Position numbers and translations under genes: made by a program
The notes under the pieces: model-generated
What the model saw: the letters and a program-made list of their open reading frames with translations, nothing else
Databases searched by the model: none
Told to the model about the DNA's origin: nothing
Shown here: one piece after another, positions 47,528 through 57,981 of the stretch
Layout: every line of letters begins with the position of its first letter
How positions within the stretch are numbered: position 1 is the stretch's first letter
From: an uncultured Acidobacteriota bacterium
GTDB lineage: Bacteria > Acidobacteriota > Thermoanaerobaculia > Multivoradales > UBA5704
Assembly: GCA_963770895.1 (NCBI GenBank)
Contig: CAVYRF010000002.1
Coordinates: 4,640,001-4,704,000, forward strand
DNA length: 64,000 nt
Reading direction: 5' to 3'

Positions 47528-47760
47528 ACCTCCATTCCACAGCCGAATGTTACGCCCGAGATATGGCCCGCGCAAGCCGGCGCCGGGCACGCCGGCTGGG
47601 GCTTCTAGCAAATCTGAGCCTGGACATTGGCGGACAGCGGGAATCGCGTATGGGACCGGCCAAGCACAGGCCGGTTGGCGGTAGGGGTAAGGTGGTATAG
47701 AATTTGAGGTACTACGTCCGGGTGGCCATTTTTTGCTGGTCTGAGGTGGAGGGAGTGCGT

Positions 47761-49827
47761 ATGGTCTGGCGGAGCTTGGGGTTTTGGTGTGCGGCGGCTT
47801 GGGTTTTGGTGAGCGGGTGTGCTTCGAGCAGCCACTTTCGGACCACGGTGACGCCTTGCCAGACCAGGAGCTATGCGTATGCGCCGGGGCTGCCGGGTTG
47901 CGGGGACTTGGCGTATACGTTCAACCTGATCGAGTTCAACGAGAACGGGCGGCTTTGGGACGCGGGGCAGCTGGCTTCGGCGGAGGGGGCGATCGCGCAC
48001 CTGGCGGCGCAGCAGAAGCCGATGCTGCTGGTGATCTTCATCCACGGCTGGCATCACAACGCCGATGTCAAGGACGAAAACATTGCGTCGCTGGAAAGCG
48101 TGCTGGCGCGGACGACGCGGGCGCTGCCGAACTGGAACATCATGGGGATCTACCTGGGGTGGCGGGGGGAGTCGACGGCGCTCGAACCGGAATTCCTGAA
48201 CAACATCAGCTTCTACAACCGGCGCAGCGCCGCCGACCGCGTGGCCAACAGCGTCGAGCTGGCCGATACGTTGCTGCGCCTGGGGTTCGACGCCAAGAAC
48301 ACCTACATGAACGCGTTTCCCGGCAGCGCCACGGCGGCGGCGCCGCCGCAGCCGCAGGTCATTTTGGTCGGCCACTCGTTCGGCGGCCGCATTCTGGAGC
48401 GGTCGATCGTGCCGTCGCTGCTGGCGAGCGTGCGCAGCGAGGGGGAGATCAACCGCGGCAAGCCGTTCGACCTGATCTTGCTGATGAACCCGGCGCACAG
48501 CGCCCTGGGCACCATGGACCTGGTGGATACCTTGCGGGATGCGACGTACGACCAGCGCCCGTTCATCGTCAACATCACTTCGACAGCCGATTCCGCGACC
48601 GGCACCATCTATCCCCTGGCGCAGCGCCTCAACGGCAACCACGGTCCCTACGCCACGTTCAGCGGCGACGACCTGTCGCTCAAGGACGAAAGGTACCTGA
48701 GCACCTATACCGCCGGGCACCTGGCGCAGTTCCAATCGCACATCGCCGTGCCGCTGCCGGCGGGCAAGAATCCGGCCGATTATCCTTTCCATTTCATCGG
48801 CGACGGCAAGGATTACGTGATCGAGGAGCAACCCGCGCCGCAGCCTTGGAACTGGGCGCGCGGCGCCGCCGCTTCCGCCAACCCCGCGCCGACGCCCTAT
48901 TGGGTCATCCGCGTCGACCAGGACCTGGTGGCCAACCACGGCGACATCTTCAACGACAAGGTGGAGGCGATGATCTCGGTGCTGCTGGAGCGCACGATGG
49001 CCGGCGAAACCTCCGCCAAGGCATACAGCGAGCGCACCGTGCCGAGCGTCGCCGCGCCGCCGCCGCCGTCCGCGGGCCGCATGCCGGCAAACGTCGCGCC
49101 CGTCAGCGTTGCCGCCAGCCAGGCCAAGAGCGTCGCGCCACAGTCCACGCCACAGTTGGCACCCAAGGCCGCGCCACAGTCGGCACCGAAGGCCGCGCCA
49201 CAATCGGCACCAAAGGCCGCGCCACAGTCGGTGCCAAAGGCCGCGCCGCGCGCCAAGGACGCCGTTGCCGCTCCGGCCACGCCACCGCAAGGCGGGTCGC
49301 TGCCGCCTGTCCCTGCCGCCGCCGCGCCGCCGCAGGAGAACGCCGCTCCGCCGGGAGCCATGCCGCCGCCGCCACCGCCTGCTCCACGGTCGGCGGCACC
49401 ACCGCTGCCGGGCGCGCCCCCGGCGTCGCAGGGTGCGGTGCCCCCGCCGCCGATGGCGGCGTTGCGGCTGCTGGCGCCGCCGCCGCCTCCAGGCCGCGCG
49501 GCTGCCGCCGAAGTGACGGCGGCGCATGCGCACGACCTCACCGCGTTTGGCATCAATGCCGCGGCCGAGAAGGCGATGGCGCCCTACGAGCGCTTCGAGC
49601 TGTACGGTTTCCGCGCGCTGCTGGTGAGCAACGAGGCCGAGGCGATCAGGGATTTCGACCTGTCCTACGAGCGCCGCCAGGACTTCCACAGCGTCGCGGC
49701 GATCCGCCGCGTCCTGCGCGGCCGCGGCACCGCGGACGAGAAGCTCAAGGAGATCGCCGCCCGCGACCTGCAGGACGTCAACCCCGCGGCCGCGCGCCTG
49801 ATCCGCCAGGCCGCCGGTCTGGAGTAG
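47761..49827 (+). CDS. Lipoprotein: alpha/beta hydrolase domain, Pro/Ala-rich linker, small helical C-terminal domain
   Basis: GGAG RBS, lipobox VSGC, 'FIHGWHHNA', nucleophile elbow GHSFG, late 'NHGDIF'. Confidence 0.8.
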   Translation: MVWRSLGFWCAAAWVLVSGCASSSHFRTTVTPCQTRSYAYAPGLPGCGDLAYTFNLIEFNENGRLWDAGQLASAEGAIAHLAAQQKPMLLVIFIHGWHHNADVKDENIASLESVLARTTRALPNWNIMGIYLGWRGESTALEPEFLNNISFYNRRSAADRVANSVELADTLLRLGFDAKNTYMNAFPGSATAAAPPQPQVILVGHSFGGRILERSIVPSLLASVRSEGEINRGKPFDLILLMNPAHSALGTMDLVDTLRDATYDQRPFIVNITSTADSATGTIYPLAQRLNGNHGPYATFSGDDLSLKDERYLSTYTAGHLAQFQSHIAVPLPAGKNPADYPFHFIGDGKDYVIEEQPAPQPWNWARGAAASANPAPTPYWVIRVDQDLVANHGDIFNDKVEAMISVLLERTMAGETSAKAYSERTVPSVAAPPPPSAGRMPANVAPVSVAASQAKSVAPQSTPQLAPKAAPQSAPKAAPQSAPKAAPQSVPKAAPRAKDAVAAPATPPQGGSLPPVPAAAAPPQENAAPPGAMPPPPPPAPRSAAPPLPGAPPASQGAVPPPPMAALRLLAPPPPPGRAAAAEVTAAHAHDLTAFGINAAAEKAMAPYERFELYGFRALLVSNEAEAIRDFDLSYERRQDFHSVAAIRRVLRGRGTADEKLKEIAARDLQDVNPAAARLIRQAAGLE
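49149..49244 (+). repeat. 4 x 24-bp coding tandem repeat (PQSAPKAA)
   Basis: GCCACAGTCGGCACCGAAGGCCGC-like units. Confidence 0.85.
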
Positions 49828-49870
49828 CCCGCCCGCGCTGGTGGGCGCCCGGCGACGAACCGGTGGGCCG

Positions 49871-51892
49871 TCAGGCAGGCGCTTGCGGGTCGATGGCTTC
49901 GGGATCGGGGACGGGGTTGTGCAGGCGCTCGACCAGAGCGGCGCGGTTGGCCAGGACTGCACGCTGGTTCAGGTAGCCCTTGTCGGTGATCTCACCGGCG
50001 TCGATCGAGGGGGGCTCGGCCAGCAGCAGGGCGCGGGTGAGGCGGCGGCTGGCGCCGGGGTTGGCGGCGTTGTGCGCGGCCAGGGCGGCGGCGACGCCGG
50101 CGCGCACCTCGGCGCGGCCCAGCAGGTCGGCGGTCGGAAGCTGCGCCGCGGTGTCGCTGCACAGGGCGCGACAGGCGGCCAGGTTGGGGAAGAGCAGCAG
50201 GCCGATGCCCGAGCGGTCGTGGCCGGTGACGACCGCTTCCTGGATGAGCGGCGCCGCGGCCGCCAGGACGTCGGCGCGCAGCTCGCCGACCTGCACCCAG
50301 GTGCCGGTCGAAAGCTTGAAGTTTTCGGCCAGGCGCCCGTCAAAGATCAGTCCGCGCGCCGGGTCGGCCGGGTCCGCCAGCCTGGCGGCGTCGCCGGTGG
50401 CCAGAAATCCGTCTTCGTCGAACGGGCCGGCGCCGCCGGTGTTGCCGGCGCCGGCGTCGCCGGTGGCGTTGCCGGAGTCCCCGGTGCCGCCGCTGCTGTT
50501 GTCGCCGTCGCCGTCGCTGCCGCCGCCGCCGGCGGGCCAGTAGCCGGGGGTGACGTTGGGGCCCTTGACCCGGATCTCCAGCTTGTCGCCGGCGGGGACC
50601 AGCTTGATGTCGGTGCCGGCGACGGGCACGCCGATGACGCCGGCGCGCTCGATCGGGATGTGCACCTGGGTGGCGCAGGGGGCGGTCTCGGTGGAGCCCC
50701 ATGCGGCCAGCATGACCACCCGCTGGCCGGTGGCGGCGACCGAGAGCTGCTCGAGCTGCTTCCACAGGTGTTGCGGCAGCGCCGCGGCGGCATAGAACAG
50801 GACGTCCAGGTCGCGGAAGAAGGTGTCGCGCAGGTCGCGGTCGTCGGCCAGCCGCGGCACCAGCATCTCGAAGCCGCGCGGCACGTTGAAATGGATCGTC
50901 GACGGCACTTCGCGCAGGTTGGTGACGGTGGTTTCGATGGCGCCCGGCGCCGGTTTGCCGGCGTCGATGTAGAGGGTGCCGCCGTGCCGCAGGACCAGGT
51001 TGAAGTTGTGGTTGCCGCCGAAGGTGTGGCTCCACGGCAGCCAGTCGACCAGCACCGGCGGACGGTCGGCCAGGAACCGCCAGCCGGTGGCGATCGCCTG
51101 CTGGTTGGAGCAGAGCATGCGCTGGGTGTTGAGGACGCCCTTGGGGCTGCCGGTGGAGCCCGAGGTGAACAGGATCTTGGCCACCGTGTCGGGCCCGACG
51201 GCGGCGGCGCGCGCCGCGACGTCCGCTCCGGCGGGTTCCGCCAGGAGGTCGGCGAGGAGCGTTGCGGCGCGGCCGGCCGGCGGCCGCGCGCTGACCACCA
51301 GGTCGACGTCGTGGCGCGGGAAGGCGGCGGCCAGCGCCGCGGCGAACGCTTCGCCGTCGGCGGCAAAGACCAGGCCGGGGCGGACCTGCCGCAGGATGGC
51401 GCGCAGCTTCAGGTGGTCGCGCGACTGCAGCGAATAGGCGGGCGAGATGGGGGCCGCCGGGATGCCGACGTGCATCGCGGCAAGCTGCAGCAGCGCGTGA
51501 TCGATGCCGTTGCCGGACAGCAGGACAACCGGGCGCCGCGCCGTCAGGCCGCGCGCCAGGAGCGCCCCGGCGATGCGCTCGACCGCCTGCAGGCAGGCGC
51601 CGTAGGACAGCCGCCGCCAGCCGCCGGTGCCGCCGCCGACGCCACCGCCACCATCATCGCGCTCGGCGAGGAAGGTCCGCTCGGGCACCGCTTCGGCCTG
51701 CTGCCGCAGCAGCTCGCCCAGGCTGCGGGCGTAGGGACCCAGGGGGTGGCGGGAGCGCAGCAGCAGGCCGCCGCCGGCCAGCGGCTGCGCCTCGACGGAG
51801 GGCGGCGCCAGGTGCAGCGGCTTCCAGGGGGCGTCCGTCGCGTCCGTCGCGTCGCCCGTCGCGTGCGGCAGCGGCGGCTCGGTCGGCGTCAT
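49871..51892 (-). CDS. fcs: Feruloyl-CoA synthetase-like acyl-CoA ligase
   Basis: 'LFTSGSTGSPKGV', 'DWLPWSHTFGGNHN', 'WGSTETAP', 'DGRLAENFKLSTGTWV', 'GEITDKGYLNQ'. Confidence 0.88.
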   Translation of the reverse strand: MTPTEPPLPHATGDATDATDAPWKPLHLAPPSVEAQPLAGGGLLLRSRHPLGPYARSLGELLRQQAEAVPERTFLAERDDGGGGVGGGTGGWRRLSYGACLQAVERIAGALLARGLTARRPVVLLSGNGIDHALLQLAAMHVGIPAAPISPAYSLQSRDHLKLRAILRQVRPGLVFAADGEAFAAALAAAFPRHDVDLVVSARPPAGRAATLLADLLAEPAGADVAARAAAVGPDTVAKILFTSGSTGSPKGVLNTQRMLCSNQQAIATGWRFLADRPPVLVDWLPWSHTFGGNHNFNLVLRHGGTLYIDAGKPAPGAIETTVTNLREVPSTIHFNVPRGFEMLVPRLADDRDLRDTFFRDLDVLFYAAAALPQHLWKQLEQLSVAATGQRVVMLAAWGSTETAPCATQVHIPIERAGVIGVPVAGTDIKLVPAGDKLEIRVKGPNVTPGYWPAGGGGSDGDGDNSSGGTGDSGNATGDAGAGNTGGAGPFDEDGFLATGDAARLADPADPARGLIFDGRLAENFKLSTGTWVQVGELRADVLAAAAPLIQEAVVTGHDRSGIGLLLFPNLAACRALCSDTAAQLPTADLLGRAEVRAGVAAALAAHNAANPGASRRLTRALLLAEPPSIDAGEITDKGYLNQRAVLANRAALVERLHNPVPDPEAIDPQAPA

Positions 51893-52054
51893 CGGCACCC
51901 GCCGCTCCTCATCGACCAGTGGCCTGTATCAGAGGAATCGGTAGTGGCTGGCGCCGCCATTCGGCGGCGCGGGCCAGGCGCGCCGACACAGGCATAGTCG
52001 AAACTATGTCGAGGAGGCGCAACGCAGCCCCCGCCGTCGAGGGCAAGCCAGGCA

Positions 52055-53284
52055 CTATCGATTCCTCTGATACAGGCCACTAGGCGCCGTCGCTGCCGCC
52101 GGCGGCTGCGACGCGGCCAGCAGCTCCGCCAGGTAGGAGCCCCAGACCGCCGGCAGCGAATGCGTGCCGTGGCCGCGGGTGTCGGCGGTGATCGGCAGCA
52201 GGATGTAGCGGCCGTGCGGCACGCTGCGGATGGCTTGGTCCAGGATGCCCAGCTCGGGCGGATTGACCTGGTCGTCGGCGGAATTGACGGCGAACAAAGG
52301 AGCGCGGATCTCCGCCAGGTGCGGCAGCGGGTTGTAGGTGCGCGAGGCGTCGAACTGGTAGAGCGCGTCGTTGGCGTCCAGGATCTCCCGGACGCGCAGC
52401 AGCTGCCGCGCCAGAAAGGCGTCGGCCGTGTCGCGGGTGGGGGCTTCCTTCTGCCACTGGAGCGGGCTCGACGTCATGAAAAGGTAGACGTAGATCGCCG
52501 AGATGAGCCCCGGCGGCTGGCTGGCGTATTCGCCGTCGTGCCATTGCGGGTCGGTGGTGATCGAATCCATGAACATTTTGCGCAGCATGCGGTTGCGGCC
52601 GGCGATCTCGACCGGGAGGCTGGCCAGCGGCATCAGCGCGTCCATGAAGTCGGGGTAGGTGTAACCCCACATCCAGGTGTGCATGCCGCCCATCGAGGTC
52701 CCCATGACCAGGCGCAGGTGGTCGACGCCCAGGCATTGGGTGACCAGGTGGTGCTCGGCCCGCACCATGTCGTCGTAGTCGTAGTGCGGAAAGCGCATGT
52801 GCAGCCCATCGCTCGGGCGGCTGGACTTGCCGGTGCCGATGCCGTCCGGCAGGATCAGGTAGTAGCGCGACGCGTCCAGCAGCTGGCCGGCGCCGAACAG
52901 GTGTCCGCCGAAGGCCTCGTTCAGGAAGGCGCGGCCGTTGCCGGTGGTGCCGTGCATGATGAGCACCGCGTTGCGCACGGTGCCGTGCGCGTCGCGCTGC
53001 GGTTTGCCGAGCGTCGTGTAGTGGATGCGCAGGACGGGCAACGATTCGCCGCTGGCGAAGCGGAAATTGGGGATCGCGCAGTCGCCTTGGGTGTCGCTGG
53101 GGATCGGCGCCGCGCCGGCCGGCCGCGCCGCCGCCAGACCCGCGGCCAGCGCCACCGGCAGCAGCAGGCACAGCAGCGACGGGGCGGGGGGGTGCGCACG
53201 GTGCGCCTGGTGTGGGCGATGCGCCTGATGCGGGCGGTACGCTCGGTGCGGTTGCGGCCCGGACACGCGGCAGCGGATCTCCAT
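52055..53284 (-). CDS. Exported MetX-like (homoserine acyltransferase family) alpha/beta hydrolase
   Basis: 'HGTTG', 'GTSMGG', 'NSADD', 'RGHGTH'; AGGAGG RBS; signal-like segment. Confidence 0.85.
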   Translation of the reverse strand: MEIRCRVSGPQPHRAYRPHQAHRPHQAHRAHPPAPSLLCLLLPVALAAGLAAARPAGAAPIPSDTQGDCAIPNFRFASGESLPVLRIHYTTLGKPQRDAHGTVRNAVLIMHGTTGNGRAFLNEAFGGHLFGAGQLLDASRYYLILPDGIGTGKSSRPSDGLHMRFPHYDYDDMVRAEHHLVTQCLGVDHLRLVMGTSMGGMHTWMWGYTYPDFMDALMPLASLPVEIAGRNRMLRKMFMDSITTDPQWHDGEYASQPPGLISAIYVYLFMTSSPLQWQKEAPTRDTADAFLARQLLRVREILDANDALYQFDASRTYNPLPHLAEIRAPLFAVNSADDQVNPPELGILDQAIRSVPHGRYILLPITADTRGHGTHSLPAVWGSYLAELLAASQPPAAATAPSGLYQRNR

Positions 53285-53502
53285 GATGCCTCCTGACGGG
53301 AAGCGGCGCGCCGGACGCGGGGCGGCGCCAGGCTGGCCGAGCGCCAAGCATACTGCTGTGGAAGGGCGCGAGGTGTGGGACAATAGGGTATCCGCTAGTA
53401 TCCCGTGCGGTTGAAGTAAACCTGGCCGCGCCACGTCCGTATCTCAAGACGCGACACGACAGCGATCCCCAAAACTGCAAAAACCCGAAAGAGGGTTGCG
53501 AT

Positions 53503-54744
53503 ATGAGCTTGAGTGGACCCAATCGAACCGTGCTGGAGGGGCTGCGCATCGAGCGCGCGGCGCCGTCGCCGGCGCCGGCACGGCGGCGCGGGTGGGTGGT
53601 CGGCCTGGTGCTGCTGCTGGCCGCGGTGGTCGGCGCCGGGGTGTGGTGGGTGACCCGCCACCCGGCGGCGCAGGTGCGCGTGGCAGCAGTCCAGGCGTCA
53701 CAGGCGGGCTCAGCGTCGCCGGGGACGGTGCTCAACGCCTCCGGCTACGTGACGGCGCGGCGGCAGGCGACCGTCTCCTCCAAGGTGACCGGCAAGGTGA
53801 CGGAGGTGCTGATCGAAGAGGGCATGCGCGTCAAGCAGGGTCAGGTGCTGGCGCGCCTGGACACGCTCACCCAGGACGCGGCGCTGTCGCTCGCCGAAGC
53901 GCAGCTGTCGCAGGCCCGCCGGTCGCTCGAGGAGAACCAGGTGCGCCTCAGGCAGGCGCACATCGTGCGCGAACGGCAGCACCGCCTGCTGGCCGGTGGT
54001 TTCGCGACGCAAAATGACGTCGACACCGCGGACGCCGACGCGGATTCCTATGCCGCGCGCCTGAATGTCGGTCACGAGCAGGTGACGGTGGCCGAGCGCG
54101 AGGTGGCGGCGCGCCAGCAGGATCGCGCCGACACGGTGATCCGGGCGCCCTTCGACGGCGTGATCACCACCAAGGACGCGCAGCCGGGCGAAATGATCTC
54201 GCCGATCTCCGCCGGCGGCGGTTTTACCCGCACCGGCATCGGCACGCTGGTGGACATGAAGTCGCTCGAAATCGACGTCGACGTCAACGAAAGCTACATC
54301 AACCGGGTGACCGCCGGGCAGCACACCGAGGCGGTGCTGGACGCCTATCCCGACTGGCGCATCCCTTCGACGGTGATCGCCGTGGTGCCGTCGGCCGACC
54401 GCCAGAAGGCGACGGTCAAGGTGCGGGTGGCGTTCGACCACCTGGACCCGCGCATCCTGCCGGACATGGGGGTGAAGGTGGCGTTCCTGGCCGCCGACGC
54501 GCCGGCGGCGACGCAGCAGGTCATCAGCGCGGTGCGGGTGCCGCGCGCCGCCGTGCGCCAGGACCACGGCCAGGCGGTGGTCTTGGTGGTGCACGGCGAT
54601 CGCGTCGAGCGGCGCGCCGTGCGCGTCGCCGCCACGACGGGCGACGACGTGCCGGTGATCTCGGGAGCGCTGGTCGCGGGCGAGCAGGTGGTGGTGGACG
54701 GGCCGGCCGACCTGGTGGACGGCAGCAAGGTGGTGGTGCACTGA
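53503..54744 (+). CDS. Efflux periplasmic adaptor (membrane fusion) protein
   Basis: TM anchor, 'ASGYVTARRQATVSSKVTG', 'IRAPFDG', 'PDMGVKV'. Confidence 0.92.
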   Translation: MSLSGPNRTVLEGLRIERAAPSPAPARRRGWVVGLVLLLAAVVGAGVWWVTRHPAAQVRVAAVQASQAGSASPGTVLNASGYVTARRQATVSSKVTGKVTEVLIEEGMRVKQGQVLARLDTLTQDAALSLAEAQLSQARRSLEENQVRLRQAHIVRERQHRLLAGGFATQNDVDTADADADSYAARLNVGHEQVTVAEREVAARQQDRADTVIRAPFDGVITTKDAQPGEMISPISAGGGFTRTGIGTLVDMKSLEIDVDVNESYINRVTAGQHTEAVLDAYPDWRIPSTVIAVVPSADRQKATVKVRVAFDHLDPRILPDMGVKVAFLAADAPAATQQVISAVRVPRAAVRQDHGQAVVLVVHGDRVERRAVRVAATTGDDVPVISGALVAGEQVVVDGPADLVDGSKVVVH

Positions 54745-54928
54745 CGGCAGCGCGCGGCTCGCGCGCGGGCCGGCGCGCCCCGCGCCATGACAAACGTCAC
54801 CGAGGAGTGATTACGGAAAGCCCTGGGCGGCAGCGGCGGTGCCGCGGCAAGATGGATCATGGAGCCCGCGCCCTGGCGCAAACGAATCGCGAGAGGCGGT
54901 GAAGAACCACCGCCGTGAGGGGAACCGA

Positions 54929-55633
54929 ATGGCAGAGCAAGCATCGAATCAAGCCCTGGTGCAGGTGCGCGACGTACACAAGTACTACCGGCGCGGCTCC
55001 GAGCGGCTCGATATCCTGAACGGTTTGAGCCTCACCATTCCGGCCGGCGACTTTCTGGCCCTGATGGGCCCGTCCGGCTCCGGCAAGACGACGCTGCTCA
55101 ACCTGCTCGGCGGCCTGGACCGCCCCAGCAGCGGCACGTTGGAGGTCGGCGGCGAGGCGATCGATCAGGTTTCCAATTCCAAGCTGGCAGGCTGGCGCGC
55201 GCGCCACATCGGCTTTGTGTTTCAGTTTTACAACCTGCTGCCGGTGCTGACCGCCGAGCGCAACGTCGAGCTGCCGCTGCTGCTCACCAACCTGTCCAGC
55301 GCCGAGCGCAAGAAGCACGTGGCGACGGCGCTCGCCGTGGTCGGCCTGGCCGACCGCGCGCAGCACTATCCGCGGCAGCTGTCGGGCGGCCAGGAGCAGC
55401 GGGTGGGCATCGCCCGCGCCATCGTCACCGACCCGACGCTGCTGCTGTGCGACGAGCCGACCGGCGACCTGGACCGCAAGTCCGGCGACGAGATCCTGGA
55501 CCTGCTGCAGGCGCTCAACAGCGAGCACGGCAAGACCATCGTCATGGTCACCCACGATCCGCATGCCGCCGCCCGCGCCCGCCGCACCCTGTACCTGAAC
55601 AAGGGTTCTCTTGCCACGGAGCCGGCGGAATGA
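54929..55633 (+). CDS. ABC transporter ATP-binding protein (MacB/LolD family)
   Basis: GPSGSGKT, 'LSGGQEQR', 'CDEPTGDLD', 'VTHD'. Confidence 0.95.
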   Translation: MAEQASNQALVQVRDVHKYYRRGSERLDILNGLSLTIPAGDFLALMGPSGSGKTTLLNLLGGLDRPSSGTLEVGGEAIDQVSNSKLAGWRARHIGFVFQFYNLLPVLTAERNVELPLLLTNLSSAERKKHVATALAVVGLADRAQHYPRQLSGGQEQRVGIARAIVTDPTLLLCDEPTGDLDRKSGDEILDLLQALNSEHGKTIVMVTHDPHAAARARRTLYLNKGSLATEPAE

Positions 55634-56784
55634 AATACCTTTTCCTGGTCCTCAAGAACCTCCGGCGCCGGCTGGTGCGCACCACGTTCACGGCGCTTTC
55701 GATCGTCATCGCGTTCCTGCTGTTCGGCCTGCTGGTGGCGATCCGCACCGCGTTCAGCGGCGGCGTTGACGTGACCGGCGCCAACCGGCTGACCGTCACG
55801 CACAAGGTGTCGATCATCCTGCCGCTGCCCGTTTCGTACGGCGACCGGATCGCGCAGGTCCCCGGCGTCAACCTGGTGACCCATGCCTCGTGGTTCGGCG
55901 GCACCTACCAGGATCCCAAGAACTTCTTTCCGCAGATGGCGGTGGACCCCACCAGCTACCTGGCCGTCTACCCCGAGATCCAGCTGCCGCCCGAGCAGAA
56001 GAAGGCCTGGCTGGCCGACCGCGGCGGCTGCATCGTCGGGCGCCTGACCGCCAAGCGCTTCGGCTTCAAGCTGGGCGACCACATCCCCATCCAGGCGACG
56101 ATCTTCGTCAAGAAGGACGGCTCGCGGATGTTCGACTTCCTGGTCGACGGCATCTACGACGCCCCCAAGGGTTTCGACACCAGCGCGCTGTTCTTTCAGT
56201 ACGACAACCTCAAGGAGTCGGCCCCCGGCTTCAGCACCAACCAGGTCGGCTGGTACATCCTCACCGTCGCCGATCCGAAAAACGCCAACCAGGTCGCCGA
56301 GCATATCGACGGCCTGTTCACCAACTCGGTGGCGGAGACCAAGACCTCGACCGAAAAGGCGTTTGCGGAGGGCTTTGCCAAGCAGACGGGCAATATCGGC
56401 GAGATCATCTCCTTCATCGTCGCGGCGGTGTTCTTCACCCTGCTGCTGGTGGCCGGCAACACCATGGCGCAGTCGGTGCGCGAGCGCACCGGCGAGCTGG
56501 CGGTGCTCAAGACGCTGGGCTTCGGCGATGGCCTGGTGATGGGGCTGGTGCTGTGCGAATCGTGCCTGCTGGCGCTCGCGGCGGCGACCCTGGGCCTGGG
56601 CGCCGCCTACCTGGTCGCCCGCAACGGCGATCCCACCGGCGGCTTCCTGCCCCTGTTCCGGCTGCCCGAAAGCCAGCTGGTCGTGGGTTTCCTGCTGGCC
56701 CTGGCGCTCGGTCTGGTGACCGGCGCGGTGCCGGCCTGGCAGGCGATGCGATTGCGCATCGTCGACGCGTTGCGGAGGGTCTGA
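55630..56784 (+). CDS. ABC transporter permease (MacB/FtsX family)
   Basis: ATGA overlap; 'VRERTGELAVLKTLGF'. Confidence 0.92.
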   Translation: MKYLFLVLKNLRRRLVRTTFTALSIVIAFLLFGLLVAIRTAFSGGVDVTGANRLTVTHKVSIILPLPVSYGDRIAQVPGVNLVTHASWFGGTYQDPKNFFPQMAVDPTSYLAVYPEIQLPPEQKKAWLADRGGCIVGRLTAKRFGFKLGDHIPIQATIFVKKDGSRMFDFLVDGIYDAPKGFDTSALFFQYDNLKESAPGFSTNQVGWYILTVADPKNANQVAEHIDGLFTNSVAETKTSTEKAFAEGFAKQTGNIGEIISFIVAAVFFTLLLVAGNTMAQSVRERTGELAVLKTLGFGDGLVMGLVLCESCLLALAAATLGLGAAYLVARNGDPTGGFLPLFRLPESQLVVGFLLALALGLVTGAVPAWQAMRLRIVDALRRV

Positions 56785-56787
56785 GCC

Positions 56788-57981
56788 ATGGGTCTGTTCA
56801 GTTGGATGTCGCAAGTCGGGGCGGTGACCCAGCTCAATCTGCGCACTCTGGGCCAGCGCCGCGGCGCCTCGGCGGCGACGGTGTTCGGCGTCGCCGGCGT
56901 GGTGATGGTGTTCGTCGGCGTGCTGTCGATCGCCGCGGGCTTCCGCTCGACCCTGGCCTCCACCGCGTCGCCCGACGGCGCCATGGTGCTGCGCGGCGGT
57001 GCCAGTTCCGAGATGCTCTCCGGCGTGTCGCGCGACGGCGCGCGCATCATCGCCGACGCGCCGGGAATCCTGCGCACGCCGACCGGTCCGGCGTCTTCGG
57101 CGGAGCTGTACGTGATCGTCGGTCTGCCCAAGATCGCCACCAGGACCGACGCCAACGTGCCGCTGCGCGGCGTGCAGCGCAACGGCTTCGTCGTGCACAA
57201 GGACATCAAGCTGGTCGCCGGCCGCATGTTCGAATGGGGCCGCAACGAGGTGATCGTGGGCACCGGCTCGGCGCAGGAGTTTTCCGGCCTGACGCTGGGC
57301 TCGACGCTGCGCTTCGGCGAAGCCAGCTGGCAGGTGGTGGGGCTGTTTTCCAGCGGCGGCTCGTGGGCCGAGTCGGAGATCTGGGGCGACGTGGACGTGC
57401 TGATGCCCGCCTACCGCCGCACCGGCTTCCAGTCGGTGCACGTCAAGCTGGCGTCGCCGCAGGACTTCGACCGCTTCAAGGACGCCTTGACGACCGATCC
57501 GCGCCTGGACGTCAAGGTGATCCGGGAAGCCGACTACTACGCCGAGCAGTCCCAGGCGCTGGTCACCATCGTCACCATCCTGGGCGTGGGTATCACGGTG
57601 CTGATGGGCATCGGCGCGGTGTTCGGGGCAATTCTCACCATGTATTCGGCGGTGGCGCAGCGCACGCGCGAGATCGCCACCCTGCGCGCCCTGGGCTTCG
57701 GCGGCGGCGCGGTGCTGGTGTCGGTCTTGGCCGAATCCTTCGTGCTGTCGCTGGCCGGCGGCACGCTGGGCGCCGGCATGGCCTACCTGCTGTTCAACGG
57801 CTACCACACCTCGACGCTGAACTTTCAGACCTTCAGCCAGGTGGCGTTCGCCTTCAAGGTGACGCCCGTGCTGCTGCTGCTGGCCCTCATCGGCACCTTG
57901 CTGATGGGCCTGATCGGCGGCATCTTCCCGGCGGCGCGCGCCGCCCGCATGCCGATCGCGAGCGCCCTGCGCGAGGTGTGA
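56788..57981 (+). CDS. ABC transporter permease (MacB/FtsX family)
   Basis: 'RTREIATLRALGF', periplasmic domain plus TM helices. Confidence 0.92.
   Translation: MGLFSWMSQVGAVTQLNLRTLGQRRGASAATVFGVAGVVMVFVGVLSIAAGFRSTLASTASPDGAMVLRGGASSEMLSGVSRDGARIIADAPGILRTPTGPASSAELYVIVGLPKIATRTDANVPLRGVQRNGFVVHKDIKLVAGRMFEWGRNEVIVGTGSAQEFSGLTLGSTLRFGEASWQVVGLFSSGGSWAESEIWGDVDVLMPAYRRTGFQSVHVKLASPQDFDRFKDALTTDPRLDVKVIREADYYAEQSQALVTIVTILGVGITVLMGIGAVFGAILTMYSAVAQRTREIATLRALGFGGGAVLVSVLAESFVLSLAGGTLGAGMAYLLFNGYHTSTLNFQTFSQVAFAFKVTPVLLLLALIGTLLMGLIGGIFPAARAARMPIASALREV

Noticed and set aside
53477-53499. c-di-GMP riboswitch-like GCAAA...GAAA hairpin before the efflux adaptor
   Set aside because: Only a 5-bp stem (AACCC/GGGTT) overlapping the RBS; the second stem and conserved aptamer nucleotides are not evident.
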